64,000 nt of DNA, taken from NCBI GenBank assembly GCA_964016885.1, contig OZ024757.1, positions 4,650,001 to 4,714,000 on the forward strand. Direction: 5' to 3'. Below, in pieces: positions 1 to 18,000 of the stretch. This stretch comes from Eledone cirrhosa (lineage: Eukaryota). Position 1 is the first letter of the stretch. Every line of letters begins with the position of its first letter. Position numbers and translations under genes: made by a program. The notes beneath the pieces are model-generated. The model saw only the letters and a list, made by a program, of their open reading frames with translations, was not told the DNA's origin and searched no databases.

Positions 1-3000
1 ATACAATTACTGTTAGGACACTTGCAGATATAATACAGATAAAATACAGTTACTGCTAGGATACTTTTAGATATAATACAGATATAATACAGTTACTGCT
101 AGGACACTTGTAGATATAATACAGATATAATACAGTTACTGCTAGAACACTTGTAGATATAATACAGATATAATACAGTTACTGCTAGGACACTTGTAGA
201 TATAATACAGTTACTGCTAGAACACTTGTAGATATAATACAGTTACTGCTAGGACACTTGTAGATATAATACTATTACTGCTAGGACACTTGTAGATATA
301 ATACATATATAATACAGTTACTGCTAGAACACTTGTAGATATAATACAGTTACTGCTAGGACACTTGTACTTATAATACTGATATAATACAGTTACTGCT
401 AAGACACTTGTAGATATAATACAGTTACTGCTAGGACACTTGTAGATATAATACAGTTACTGCTAGGACACTTGTAGATATGATACAGATATAATACAAT
501 TACTGATAGGACACTTGTTGATATAATACAGTTACTGCTAGGACACTTGTAGATATAATACAGTTACTGCTCGGACACTTGTAGATATAATACAGATATA
601 ATACAATTACTGATAGGACACTTGTAGATATATTACAGATATAATACAATTACTGCTAGGACACTTGTAGATATAATACAGTTACTGCTAGGAGACTTGT
701 AGATATGATACAGATATAATACAGTTACTGCTAGGACACTTGTAGATATAATACAGATATAATACAATTACTGCTAGGACACTTGTAGATATAATACAGA
801 TATAATACAGTTACTGCTAGGACACTTGTAGATATAATACAGATATAATACTGTTACTGCTAGGACACTTGTAGATATAATACAATTACTGCTAGGACAC
901 TTGTAGATATAATACAGTTACTGCTAGGACACTTATAGATATAATACAGATACTGCTAGGACACTTGTAAATATAATACAGATATAATACAGTTACTGCT
1001 AGGATACTTGTAGATATAAAATTACTGCTAGGACACTTGTAGATATAATACAGATATAACACAGTTACTGCTAGGATACTTGTAGACATAATACAGATAT
1101 AATACAATTACTGCTAGGACACTTGTAGATATAATACAGTTACTGCTAGGACACTAATAGATATAATACAATTACTGCTGGGACACTTGTAGATATAATA
1201 CAGTTACTGCTAGGAGACTTGTAGATATAATACAGATATAATACAATTACTGCTAGGACATTGCAGATATAATACAGTTACTGCTAGGACACTTGTAGAT
1301 ATAATACGGTTACTGCTAGGACACTTGTAGATATAATACAGATTTATTACAGTTACTGCTAGGACACTTGTAGATATAATACGGTTACTGCTAGAACACT
1401 TATAGATATAATACAGATATAATACAATTACAGATAGGACACTTGTAGACATAATACAGATATAATAGAGTTACTACTAGGACACTTGTAGACATAATAC
1501 AGATATAATAGAGTTACTACTAGGACACTTGTAGATATAATACAGATATAATACAGTTACTGCTTGGACACTTGTAGATATAATACAGTTACTGCTAGGA
1601 CACTTGTTGATATAATACAGTTATAATACAGTTGCTGCTAGGACATTTGTAGATATAATACATTTACTGCTAGGACACTTGTAATTATAATACAGATATA
1701 ATAGTTACAGCTAGGACACTTGTAGATATAATACAGCTATAATACAGTTACTACTAGGACACTTGTAGATATAATACAATTACTGCTAGGACACTTGTAG
1801 ATATAATACAGTTACTGCTAGGACACTAATAGATATAAAACAATTACTGCTGGGACACTTGTAGATATAATACAGTTACTGCTGGGACACTTGTAGATAT
1901 AATACAGTTACTGCTAGGAGACTTGTAGATATAATACAGATATAATACAATTACTGATAGGACACTTGTAGATATATTACAGATATAATACAATTACTGC
2001 TAGGACACTTGTAGATATAATACAGATATAATACAGTTACTGCTAGGATACTTGTAGACATAATACAGATATAATACAATTACTGCTAGGACACTTGTAG
2101 ATATAATACAGTTACTGCTAGGACACTAATAGATATAATACAATTACTGCTGTGATACTTGTAGATATAATACAGTTACTGCTAGGAGACTTGTAGATGT
2201 AATACAGATATAATACAATTACTGCTAGGACATTGCAGATATAATACAGATATAATACAGTTACTGCTAGGACACTTGTAGATATAATACGGTTACTGCT
2301 AGGACACTTGTAGATATAATACAGATATAATACAATTACAGCTAGGACACTTGTAGATATAATACAGTTACTGCTAGGACACTTGTAGATATAATACAGA
2401 TATAATACAATTACTGCTAGGACACTTGTAGATATAATACAGTTACTACTAGGACACTAATAGATATAATACAATTACTGCTAGGACACTTGTAGATATA
2501 ATACATATATAATACAGTTACTGCCAGGACACATAGATATAATACAGATATAATACAGTTACTGCTAGGACACTTGTAGATATAATACAGTTACTGCTAA
2601 GACACTTGTAGATATAATACAGTTACTGCTAGGACACTTGTAGATATAATACAGTTACTGCTAGGACACTTGTAGACATAATACAGATATAATAGAGTTA
2701 TTGCTAGGACACTTGTAGATATAATACAGTTACTGCTAGAATACCTGTAGATATAATATAGATATAATAGAGTTACTACTAGGACACTTGTAGATATAAT
2801 ACAGATATAATACAGTTACTGCTAGGACACTTGTAGATATAATACAGTTACTGCTAGGACACTTGTTGATATAATACAGTTATAATACAGTTGCTGCTAT
2901 GACATTTGTAGATATAATACATTTACTGCTAGGACACTTGTAATTATAATACAGATATAATAGTTACTGCTAGGACACTTGTAGATATAACACAGCTATA

Positions 3001-6000
3001 ATACAGTTACTACTAGGACACTTGTAGATATAATACAATTACTGCTAGGACACTTGTAGATATAATACAGTTACTGCTAGGACACTAATAGATATAAAAC
3101 AATTACTGCTGGGACACTTGTAGATATAATACAGTTACTGCTGGGACACTTGTAGATATAATACAGTTACTGCTAGGAGACTTGTAGATATAATACAGAT
3201 ATAATACAATTACTGATAGGACACTTGTAGATATAATACAGTTACTGCTAGGACACTTGTAGATATAATACAGTTACTGCTCGGACACTTGTAGATATAA
3301 TACAGATATAATACAATTACTGATAGGACATTTGTAGGACATATTACAGATATAATACAATTACTGCTAGGACACTTGTAGATATAATACAGTTACTGCT
3401 AGGAGACTTGTAGATATAATACAGATATAATACAGTTACTGCTAGGACACTTGTAGATATAATACAGATATAATACAATTACTGCTAGGACACTTGTAGA
3501 TATAATACAGATATAATACAGTTACTGCTAGGACACTTGTAGATATAGTACAGTTACTGCTAGGACACTTGTAGATATAATACAGATATAATACTGTTAC
3601 TGCTAGGACACTTGTAGATATAATACGATTACTGCTAGGACACTTGTAGATATAATACAGTTACTGCTAGGACACTTATAGATATAATACAGATACTGCT
3701 AGGACACTTGTAAATATAATACAGATATAATACAGTTACTGCTAGGACACTTGTAGATATAATAAAATTACTGCTAGGACACTTGTAGATATAATACAGA
3801 TATAATACAGTTACTGCTAGGATACTTGTAGACATAATACAGATATAATACAATTACTGCTAGGACACTTGTAGATATAATACAGTTACTGCTAGGACAC
3901 TAATAGATATAATACAATTACTGCTGGGACACTTGTAGATATAATACAGTTACTGCTAGGAGACTTGTAGATATAATGCAGATATAATAGAATTACTGCT
4001 AGGACACTTGTAGATATAATACAGTTACTGCTAAGACAGTTGTAGATATAATATAGTTACTGCTAGGGCACTTGTAGATATGATACAGTTACTGCTAGGA
4101 CGTTGCAGATATAATACATATATAATACAGTTACTGCTAGGACACTTGTAGATATAATGCAGATATAATACAGTTTCAGCTAGGACACTTGTAGATATAT
4201 TACAGATATAATACAATTACTGCTAGGACACTTGTAGATATAATACAGTTACTGCTAGGAGACTTGTAGATATAATACAGATATAATACAGTTTCAGCTA
4301 GGACACTTGTAGATATATTACAGATATAATACAATTACTGCTAGGACACTTGTAGATATAATACAGTTACTGCTAGGAGACTTGTAGATATAATACAGAT
4401 ATAATACAGATATAATACTGTTACTGCTAGGACACTTGTAGATATAATGCAGATATAATACAGTTTCAGCTAGGACACTTGTAGATATATTACAGATATA
4501 ATACAATTACTGCTAGGACACTTGTAGATATAATACAGTTACTGCTAGGAGACTTGTAGATATAATACAGATATAATACAGTTACTGCTAGGACACTTGT
4601 AGATATAATCCAGATATAATACAATTACTGCTAGGACACTTGTAGATATAATACAGATATAATACAGTTGCTGCTAGGACACTTGTAGATATAATACAGT
4701 TACTGCTAGGACACTTGTAGATATAATACAGTTACTGCTAGGACACTTATAGATATAATACAGATACTGCTAGGACACTTGTAAATATAATACAGATATA
4801 ATACAGTTACTGCTAGGATACTTGTAGATATACTAAAATTACTACTAGGACACTTGTAGATATAATACAGATATAATACAGTTACTGCTAGGATACTTGT
4901 AGACATAATACAGATATAATACAATTACTGCTAGGACACTTGTAGATATAATACAGTTATTGCTAGGACACTAATAGATATAATACAATTACTGCTGGGA
5001 CACTTGTAGATATAATACAGTTACTGCTAGGAGACTTGTAGATATAATACAGATATAATACAATTACTGCTAGGACATTGCAGATATAATACAGATATAA
5101 TACAGTTACTGCTAGGACACTTGTAGATATAATACGGTTACTGCTAGAACACTTATAGATATAATACAGATATAATACAATTACTGCTAGGACACTTGTA
5201 GATATAATACAGTTACTGCTAGGACACTTGTAGATATAATACAGATATAATACAAATTACAGCTAGGACACTTGTAGATATAATACAGTTACTGCTAGGA
5301 CACTTGTAGATATAATACAGATATAATACAATTAATGCTAGGACACATAGATATAATACAGATATAATACAGTTACTGCTAGGACACTTGTAGATATAAT
5401 ACAGTTACTGCTAGGACATTTGTAGATATAATACAGTTACTGCTAGGACACTTGTAGATATAATACAGATATAATACAATTACTACTAGGACACTTGTAG
5501 ATATAATACAGTTACTGCTAGGAGACTTGTAGATATAATACAGATATAATACAGTTACCGCTAGGACACTTGTAGATATAATACAGATATAATACAGTTA
5601 CTGCTAGGAGACTTGTAGATATAATACAGATATAATACAGTAACTGCTCGGACACTTGTAGATATAATACAATTACTGCTAAGGCACTTGTAGATATAAT
5701 ACAGTTACTGCTAGGAGACTTGTAGATATAATACAGATATGATACAGTTACTGCTAGGACACTTGCAGATATAATACAGATATAATACAGTTACTGCTAG
5801 GACACTTGTAGATATAATACAGTTACTGCTAGGACACTTATAGATATAATACAGATATAATACAATTACTGCTAGGACACTTGTAGATATAATACAGTTA
5901 CAGCTAAGACAGTTGTAGATATAATATAGTTACTGCTAGGGCACTCGTAGATATGATACAGTTACTGCTAGGACACTTGTAGATATAATACAGATATAAT

Positions 6001-9000
6001 ACAATTACTGCTAGGATGTTGCAGATATAATACATATATAATACAGTTACTGCTAGGACACTTGTAGATATAATACAGATATAATAAAGATATAATACTG
6101 TTACTGCTAGGACACTTGTAGATATAATGCAGATATAATACAGTTTCAGCTAGGACACTTGTAGATATAATACAGATATAATATAGTTACTGCTAAGACA
6201 CTTGTAGATATGATACAGTTACTACTAGGACACTTGTAGATATAATATAGATATAATACAGTTACTGCTAGGACACTTGTAGATATAATACAGTTACTGC
6301 TAGAATACCTGTAGATATAATATAGATATAATAAAGATATAATAGAGTTACTACTAGGTCACTTGTAGATATAATACAGACATAATACAGTTACTGCTAG
6401 GACACTTGTAGATATAATACAGTTACTGCTAGGACACTTGTTGATATAATACAGTTATAATACAGTTGCTGCTAGGACATTTGTAGATATAATACATTTA
6501 GTGCTAGGACACTTGTAATTATAATACAGATATAATAGTTACTGCTAGGACACTTGTAGATATAATACAGCTATAATACAGTTACTACTAGGACACTTGT
6601 AGATATAATACAATTACTGCTAGGACACTTGTAGATATAATACAGTTACTGCTAGGACACTTGTAGATATAATAAAATTACTGCTAGGACACTTGTAGAT
6701 ATAATACAGATATAATACAGTTACTGCTAGGATACTTGTAGACATAATACAGATATAATACAATTACTGCTAGGACACTTGTAGATATAATACAGTTACT
6801 GCTAGGACACTAATAGATATAATACAATTACTGCTGGGACACTTGTAGATATAATACAGTTACTGCTAGGAGACTTGTAGATATAATGCAGATATAATAG
6901 AATTACTGCTAGGACACTTGTAGATATAATACAGTTACTGCTAAGACAGTTGTAGATATAATATAGTTACTGCTAGGGCAATTGTAGATATGATACAGTT
7001 ACTGCTAGGACGTTGCAGATATAATACATATATAATACAGTTACTGCTAGGACACTTGTAGATATAATGCAGATATAATACAGTTTCAGCTAGGACACTT
7101 GTAGATATATTACAGATATAATACAATTACTGCTAGGACACTTGTAGATATAATACAGTTACTGCTAGGAGACTTGTAGATATAATACAGATATAATACA
7201 GTTTCAGCTAGGACACTTGTAGATATATTACAGATATAATACAATTACTGCTAGGACACTTGTAGATATAATACAGTTACTGCTAGGAGACTTGTAGATA
7301 TAATACAGATATAATACAGATATAATACTGTTACTGCTAGGACACTTGTAGATATAATGCAGATATAATACAGTTTCAGCTAGGACACTTGTAGATATAT
7401 TACAGATATAATACAATTACTGCTAGGACACTTGTAGATATAATACAGTTACTGCTAGGAGACTTGTAGATATAATACAGATATAATACAGTTACTGCTA
7501 GGACACTTGTAGATATAATCCAGATATAATACAATTACTGCTAGGACACTTGTAGATATAATACAGATATAATACAGTTACTGCTAGGACACTTGTAGAT
7601 ATAATACAGTTACTGCTAGGACACTTGTAGATATAATACAGTTACTGCTAGGACACTTATAGATATAATACAGATACTGCTAGGACACTTGTAAATATAA
7701 TACAGATATAATACAGTTACTGCTAGGATACTTGTAGATATACTAAAATTACTACTAGGACACTTGTAGATATAATACAGATATAATACAGTTACTGCTA
7801 GGATACTTGTAGACATAATACAGATATAATACAATTACTGCTAGGACACTTGTAGATATAATACAGTTATTGCTAGGACACTAATAGATATAATACAATT
7901 ACTGCTGGGACACTTGTAGATATAATACAGTTACTGCTAGGAGACTTGTAGATATAATACAGATATAATACAATTACTGCTAGGACATTGCAGATATAAT
8001 ACAGATATAATACAGTTACTGCTAGGACACTTGTAGATATAATACGGTTACTGCTAGAACACTTATAGATATAATACAGATATAATACAATTACTGCTAG
8101 GACACTTGTAGATATAATACAGTTACTGCTAGGACACTTGTAGATATAATACAGATATAATACAAATTACAGCTAGGACACTTGTAGATATAATACAGTT
8201 ACTGCTAGGACACTTGTAGATATAATACAGATATAATACAATTAATGCTAGGACACATAGATATAATACAGATATAATGCAGTTACTGCTAGGACACTTG
8301 TAGATATAATACAGTTACTGCTAGGACATTTGTAGATATAATACAGTTACTGCTAGGACACTTGTAGATATAATACAGATATAATACAATTACTACTAGG
8401 ACACTTGTAGATATAATACAGTTACTGCTAGGAGACTTGTAGATATAATACAGATATAATACAGTTACCGCTAGGACACTTGTAGATATAATACAGATAT
8501 AATACAGTTACTGCTAGGAGACTTGTAGATATAATACAGATATAATACAGTTACTGCTCGGACACTTGTAGATATAATACAATTACTGCTAAGGCACTTG
8601 TAGATATAATACAGTTACTGCTAGGAGACTTGTAGATATAATACAGATATGATACAGTTACTGCTAGGACACTTGCAGATATAATACAGATATAATACAG
8701 TTACTGCTAGGACACTTGTAGATATAATACAGTTACTGCTAGGACACTTATAGATATAATACAGATATAATACAATTACTGCTAGGACACTTGTAGATAT
8801 AATACAGTTACAGCTAAGACAGTTGTAGATATAATATAGTTACTGCTAGGGCACTTGTAGATATGATACAGTTACTGCTAGGACACTTGTAGATATAATA
8901 CAGATATAATACAATTACTGCTAGGATGTTGCAGATATAATACATATATAATACAGTTACTGCTAGGACACTTGTAGATATAATACAGATATAATAAAGA

Positions 9001-12000
9001 TATAATACTGTTACTGCTAGGACACTTGTAGATATAATGCAGATATAATACAGTTTCAGCTAGGACACTTGTAGATATAATACAGATATAATATAGTTAC
9101 TGCTAAGACACTTGTAGATATGATACAGTTACTACTAGGACACTTGTAGATATAATATAGATATAATACAGTTACTGCTAGGACACTTGTAGATATAATA
9201 CAGTTACTGCTAGAATACCTGTAGATATAATATAGATATAATAAAGATATAATAGAGTTACTACTAGGTCACTTGTAGATATAATACAGACATAATACAG
9301 TTACTGCTAGGACACTTGTAGATATAATACAGTTACTGCTAGGACACTTGTTGATATAATACAGTTATAATACAGTTGCTGCTAGGACATTTGTAGATAT
9401 AATACATTTAGTGCTAGGACACTTGTAATTATAATACAGATATAATAGTTACTGCTAGGACACTTGTAGATATAATACAGCTATAATACAGTTACTACTA
9501 GGACACTTGTAGATATAATACAATTACTGCTAGGACACTTGTAGATATAATACAGTTACTGCTAGGACACTAATAGATATAAAACAATTACTGCTGGGAC
9601 ACTTGTAGATATAATACAGATATAATACAAATTACAGCTAGGACACTTGTAGATATAATACAGTTACTGCTAGGACACTTGTAGATATAATACAGATATA
9701 ATACAATTACTGCTAGGACACATAGATATAATACAGATATAATACAGTTACTGCTAGGACACTTGTAGATATAATACAGTTACTGCTAGGACACTTGTAG
9801 ATATAATGCAGTTACTGCTAGGACATTTGTAGATATAATACAGTTACTGCTAGGACACTTGTAGATATAATACAGATATAATACAATTACTGCTAGGACA
9901 CTTGTAGATATAATACAGTTACTGCTAGGAGACTTGTAGATATAATACAGATATAATAAGTTACTGCTCGGACACTTGTAGATATAATACAATTACTGCT
10001 AGGGCACTTGTAGATATAATACAGTTACTGCTAGGAGACTTGTAGATATAATACAGATATGATACAGTTACTGCTAGGACACTTGCAGATATAATACAGA
10101 TATAATACAGTTACTGCTAGGACACTTGTAGATATAATACAGTTACTGCTAGGACACTTATAGATATAATACAGATATAATACAATTACTGCTAGGACAC
10201 TTGTAGATATAATACAGTTACTGCTAAGACAGTTGTAGATATAATATAGTTACTGCTAGGGCACTTGTAGATATGATACAGTTACTGCTAGGACACTTGT
10301 AGATATAATACAGATATAATACAATTACTGCTAGGGCGTTGCAGATATAATACATATATAATAGAGTTACTGCTAGGACACTTGTAGATATAATACAGAT
10401 ATAATACAGATATAATACTGTTACTGCTAGGACACTTGTAGATATAATGCAGATATAATACAGTTTCAGGTAGGACACTTGTAGATATAATACAGATATA
10501 ATATAGTTACTGCTAAAACACTTGTAGATATGATACAGTTACTACTAGGACACTTGTAGATATAACATAGATATAATACAGTTACTGCTAGGACACTTGT
10601 AGATATAATACAGTTACTGCTAGAATACCTGTAGATATAATATAGATATAATAAAGATATCATAGAGTTACTACTAGAACACTTGTAGATATAATACAGA
10701 CATAATACAGTTACTGCTAGGACACTTGTTGATATAATACAGTTATAATACAGTTGCTGCTAGGACATTTGTAGATATAATACATTTACTGCTAGGACAC
10801 TTGTAATTATAATGCAGATATAATAGTTACTGCTAGGACACTTGTAGATATAATACAGCTATAATACAGTTACTACTAGGACACTTGTAGATATAATACA
10901 ATTACTGCTAGGACACTTGTAGATATAATACAGTTACTGCTAGGACACTAATAGATATAAAACAATTACTGCTGGGACACTTGTAGATATAATACAGTTA
11001 CTGCTGGGATACTTGTAGATATAATACAGTTACTGCTAGGAGACTTGTAGATATAATACAGATATAATACAATTACTGATAGGACACTTGTAGATATAAT
11101 ACAGTTACTGCTAGGACACTTGTAGATATAATACAGTTACTGCTCGGACACTTGTAGATATATTACAGATATAATACAATTACTGCTAGGACACTTGTAG
11201 ATATAATACAGTTACTGCTAGGAGACTTGTAGATATAATACAGATATAATACAGTTACTGCTAGGACACTTGTAGATATAATACAGATATAATACAATTA
11301 CTGCTAGGACACTTGTAGATATAATACAGTTACTGCTAGGACACTTGTAGATATAATACAGTTACTGCTAGGACACTTGTAGATATAATACAGTTACAGC
11401 TCGGACACTTGTAGATATAATACAATTACTGCTAGGACATTGCAGATATAATACAGTTACTGCTAGGACACTTGTAGATATAATACAGATATAATACTGT
11501 TACTGCTAGGACACTTGTAGCTATAATACAGATATAATACAGTTACTGCTAGGACACTTGTAGATATAATACTATTACTGCTAGGTCACTTGTAGATATA
11601 ATACAGATACAATAGAGTTATTGCTAGGACACTTGTAGATATAATACAGTTACTGCTAGGACACTTATAGATATAATACAGATACTGCTAGGACACTTGT
11701 AGATATAATACAGTTACTGCTAGGACACTTGTTGATATAATACAGTTATAATACAGTTGCTGCTATGACATTTGTAGATATAATACATTTACTGCTAGGA
11801 CACTTGTAATTATAATACAGATATAATAGTTACTGCTAGGACACTTGTAGATATAACACAGCTATAATACAGTTACTACTAGGACACTTGTAGATATAAT
11901 ACAATTACTGCTAGGACACTTGTAGATATAATACAGTTACTGCTAGGACACTAATAGATATAAAACAATTACTGCTGGGACACTTGTAGATATAATACAG

Positions 12001-15000
12001 TTACTGCTGGGACACTTGTAGATATAATACAGTTACTGCTAGGAGACTTGTAGATATAATACAGATATAATACAATTACTGATAGGACACTTGTAGATAT
12101 AATACAGTTACTGCTAGGACACTTGTAGATATAATACAGTTACTGCTCGGACACTTGTAGATATAATACAGATATAATACAATTACTGATAGGACATTTG
12201 TAGGACATATTACAGATATAATACAATTACTGCTAGGACACTTGTAGATATAATACAGTTACTGCTAGGAGACTTGTAGATATAATACAGATATAATACA
12301 GTTACTGCTAGGACACTTGTAGATATAATACAGATATAATACAATTACTGCTAGGACACTTGTAGATATAATACAGATATAATACAGTTACTGCTAGGAC
12401 ACTTGTAGATATAGTACAGTTACTGCTAGGACACTTGTAGATATAATACAGATATAATACTGTTACTGCTAGGACACTTGTAGATATAATACGATTACTG
12501 CTAGGACACTTGTAGATATAATACAGTTACTGCTAGGACACTTATAGATATAATACAGATACTGCTAGGACACTTGTAAATATAATACAGATATAATACA
12601 GTTACTGCTAGGACACTTGTAGATATAATAAAATTACTGCTAGGACACTTGTAGATATAATACAGATATAATACAGTTACTGCTAGGATACTTGTAGACA
12701 TAATACAGATATAATACAATTACTGCTAGGACACTTGTAGATATAATACAGTTACTGCTAGGACACTAATAGATATAATACAATTACTGCTGGGACACTT
12801 GTAGATATAATACAGTTACTGCTAGGAGACTTGTAGATATAATGCAGATATAATAGAATTACTGCTAGGACACTTGTAGATATAATACAGTTACTGCTAA
12901 GACAGTTGTAGATATAATATAGTTACTGCTAGGGCACTTGTAGATATGATACAGTTACTGCTAGGACGTTGCAGATATAATACATATATAATACAGTTAC
13001 TGCTAGGACACTTGTAGATATAATGCAGATATAATACAGTTTCAGCTAGGACACTTGTAGATATATTACAGATATAATACAATTACTGCTAGGACACTTG
13101 TAGATATAATACAGTTACTGCTAGGAGACTTGTAGATATAATACAGATATAATACAGTTTCAGCTAGGACACTTGTAGATATATTACAGATATAATACAA
13201 TTACTGCTAGGACACTTGTAGATATAATACAGTTACTGCTAGGAGACTTGTAGATATAATACAGATATAATACAGATATAATACTGTTACTGCTAGGACA
13301 CTTGTAGATATAATGCAGATATAATACAGTTTCAGCTAGGACACTTGTAGATATATTACAGATATAATACAATTACTGCTAGGACACTTGTAGATATAAT
13401 ACAGTTACTGCTAGGAGACTTGTAGATATAATACAGATATAATACAGTTACTGCTAGGACACTTGTAGATATAATCCAGATATAATACAATTACTGCTAG
13501 GACACTTGTAGATATAATACAGATATAATACAGTTACTGCTAGGACACTTGTAGATATAATACAGTTACTGCTAGGACACTTGTAGATATAATACAGTTA
13601 CTGCTAGGACACTTATAGATATAATACAGATACTGCTAGGACACTTGTAAATATAATACAGATATAATACAGTTACTGCTAGGATACTTGTAGATATACT
13701 AAAATTACTACTAGGACACTTGTAGATATAATACAGATATAATACAGTTACTGCTAGGATACTTGTAGACATAATACAGATATAATACAATTACTGCTAG
13801 GACACTTGTAGATATAATACAGTTATTGCTAGGACACTAATAGATATAATATAATTACTGCTGGGACACTTGTAGATATAATACAGTTACTGCTAGGAGA
13901 CTTGTAGATATAATACAGATATAATACAATTACTGCTAGGACATTGCAGATATAATACAGATATAATACAGTTACTGCTAGGACACTTGTAGATATAATA
14001 CGGTTACTGCTAGAACACTTATAGATATAATACAGATATAATACAATTACTGCTAGGACACTTGTAGATATAATACAGTTACTGCTAGGACACTTGTAGA
14101 TATAATACAGATATAATACAAATTACAGCTAGGACACTTGTAGATATAATACAGTTACTGCTAGGACACTTGTAGATATAATACAGATATAATACAATTA
14201 ATGCTAGGACACATAGATATAATACAGATATAATACAGTTACTGCTAGGACACTTGTAGATATAATACAGTTACTGCTAGGACATTTGTAGATATAATAC
14301 AGTTACTGCTAGGACACTTGTAGATATAATACAGATATAATACAATTACTACTAGGACACTTGTAGATATAATACAGTTACTGCTAGGAGACTTGTAGAT
14401 ATAATACAGATATAATACAGTTACCGCTAGGACACTTGTAGATATAATACAGATATAATACAGTTACTGCTAGGAGACTTGTAGATATAATACAGATATA
14501 ATACAGTTACTGCTCGGACACTTGTAGATATAATACAATTACTGCTAAGGCACTTGTAGATATAATACAGTTACTGCTAGGAGACTTGTAGATATAATAC
14601 AGATATGATACAGTTACTGCTAGGACACTTGCAGATATAATACAGATATAATACAGTTACTGCTAGGACACTTGTAGATATAATACAGTTACTGCTAGGA
14701 CACTTATAGATATAATACAGATATAATACAATTACTGCTAGGACACTTGTAGATATAATACAGTTACAGCTAAGACAGTTGTAGATATAATATAGTTACT
14801 GCTAGGGCACTTGTAGATATGATACAGTTACTGCTAGGACACTTGTAGATATAATACAGATATAATACAATTACTGCTAGGATGTTGCAGATATAATACA
14901 TATATAATACAGTTACTGCTAGGACACTTGTAGATATAATACAGATATAATAAAGATATAATACTGTTACTGCTAGGACACTTGTAGATATAATGCAGAT

Positions 15001-18000
15001 ATAATACAGTTTCAGCTAGGACACTTGTAGATATAATACAGATATAATATAGTTACTGCTAAGACACTTGTAGATATGATACAGTTACTACTAGGACACT
15101 TGTAGATATAATATAGATATAATACAGTTACTGCTAGGACACTTGTAGATATAATACAGTTACTGCTAGAATACCTGTAGATATAATATAGATATAATAA
15201 AGATATAATAGAGTTACTACTAGGTCACTTGTAGATATAATACAGACATAATACAGTTACTGCTAGGACACTTGTAGATATAATACAGTTACTGCTAGGA
15301 CACTTGTTGATATAATACAGTTATAATACAGTTGCTGCTAGGACATTTGTAGATATAATACATTTAGTGCTAGGACACTTGTAATTATAATACAGATATA
15401 ATAGTTACTGCTAGGACACTTGTAGATATAATACAGCTATAATACAGTTACTACTAGGACACTTGTAGATATAATACAATTACTGCTAGGACACTTGTAG
15501 ATATAATACAGTTACTGCTAGGACACTAATAGATATAAAACAATTACTGCTAGGACACTTGTAGATATAATACAGATATAATACAAATTACAGCTAGGAC
15601 ACTTGTAGATATAATACAGTTACTGCTAGGACACTTGTAGATATAATACAGATATAATACAATTACTGCTAGGACACATAGATATAATACAGATATAATA
15701 CAGTTACTGCTAGGACACTTGTAGATATAATACAGTTACTGCTAGGACACTTGTAGATATAATGCAGTTACTGCTAGGACATTTGTAGATATAATACAGT
15801 TACTGCTAGGACACTTGTAGATATAATACAGATATAATACAATTACTGCTAGGACACTTGTAGATATAATACAGTTACTGCTAGGAGACCTGTAGATATA
15901 ATACAGATATAATAAGTTACTGCTCGGACACTTGTAGATATAATACAATTACTGCTAGGGCACTTGTAGATATAATACAGTTACTGCTAGGAGACTTGTA
16001 GATATAATACAGATATGATACAGTTACTGCTAGGACACTTGCAGATATAATACAGATATAATACAGTTACTGCTAGGACACTTGTAGATATAATACAGTT
16101 ACTGCTAGGACACTTATAGATATAATACAGATATAATACAATTACTGCTAGGACACTTGTAGATATAATACAGTTACTGCTAAGACAGTTGTAGATATAA
16201 TATAGTTACTGCTAGGGCACTTGTAGATATGATACAGTTACTGCTAGGACACTTGTAGATATAATACAGATATAATACAATTACTGCTAGGACGTTGCAG
16301 ATATAATACATATATAATAGAGTTACTGCTAGGACACTTGTAGATATAATACAGATATAATACTGTTACTGCTAGGACACTTGTAGATATAATGCAGATA
16401 TAATACAGTTTCAGGTAGGACACTTGTAGATATAATACAGATATAATATAGTTACTGCTAAAACACTTGTAGATATGATACAGTTACTACTAGGACACTT
16501 GTAAATATAATATAGATATAATACAGTTACTGCTAGGACACTTGTAGATATAATACAGTTACTGCTAGAATACCTGTAGATATAATATAGATATAATAAA
16601 GATATAATAGAGTTACTACTAGGTCACTTGTAGATATAATACAGACATAATACAGTTACTGCTAGGACACTTGTAGATATAATACAGTTACTGCTAGGAC
16701 ACTTGTTGATATAATACAGTTATAATACAGTTGCTGCTAGGACATTTGTAGATATAATACATTTAGTGCTAGGACACTTGTAATTATAATACAGATATAA
16801 TAGTTACTGCTAGGACACTTGTAGATATAATACAGCTATAATACAGTTACTACTAGGACACTTGTAGATATAATACAATTACTGCTAGGACACTTGTAGA
16901 TATAATACAGTTACTGCTAGGACACTAATAGATATAAAACAATTACTGCTAGGACACTTGTAGATATAATACAGATATAATACAAATTACAGCTAGGACA
17001 CTTGTAGATATAATACAGTTACTGCTAGGACACTTGTAGATATAATACAGATATAATACAATTACTGCTAGGACACATAGATATAATACAGATATAATAC
17101 AGTTACTGCTAGGACACTTGTAGATATAATACAGTTACTGCTAGGACACTTGTAGATATAATGCAGTTACTGCTAGGACATTTGTAGATATAATACAGTT
17201 ACTGCTAGGACACTTGTAGATATAATACAGATATAATACAATTACTGCTAGGACACTTGTAGATATAATACAGTTACTGCTAGGAGACCTGTAGATATAA
17301 TACAGATATAATAAGTTACTGCTCGGACACTTGTAGATATAATACAATTACTGCTAGGGCACTTGTAGATATAATACAGTTACTGCTAGGAGACTTGTAG
17401 ATATAATACAGATATGATACAGTTACTGCTAGGACACTTGCAGATATAATACAGATATAATACAGTTACTGCTAGGACACTTGTAGATATAATACAGTTA
17501 CTGCTAGGACACTTATAGATATAATACAGATATAATACAATTACTGCTAGGACACTTGTAGATATAATACAGTTACTGCTAAGACAGTTGTAGATATAAT
17601 ATAGTTACTGCTAGGGCACTTGTAGATATGATACAGTTACTGCTAGGACACTTGTAGATATAATACAGATATAATACAATTACTGCTAGGACGTTGCAGA
17701 TATAATACATATATAATAGAGTTACTGCTAGGACACTTGTAGATATAATACAGATATAATACTGTTACTGCTAGGACACTTGTAGATATAATGCAGATAT
17801 AATACAGTTTCAGGTAGGACACTTGTAGATATAATACAGATATAATATAGTTACTGCTAAAACACTTGTAGATATGATACAGTTACTACTAGGACACTTG
17901 TAGATATAACATAGATATAATACAGTTACTGCTAGGACACTTGTAGATATAATACAGTTACTGCTAGAATACCTGTAGATATAATATAGATATAATAAAG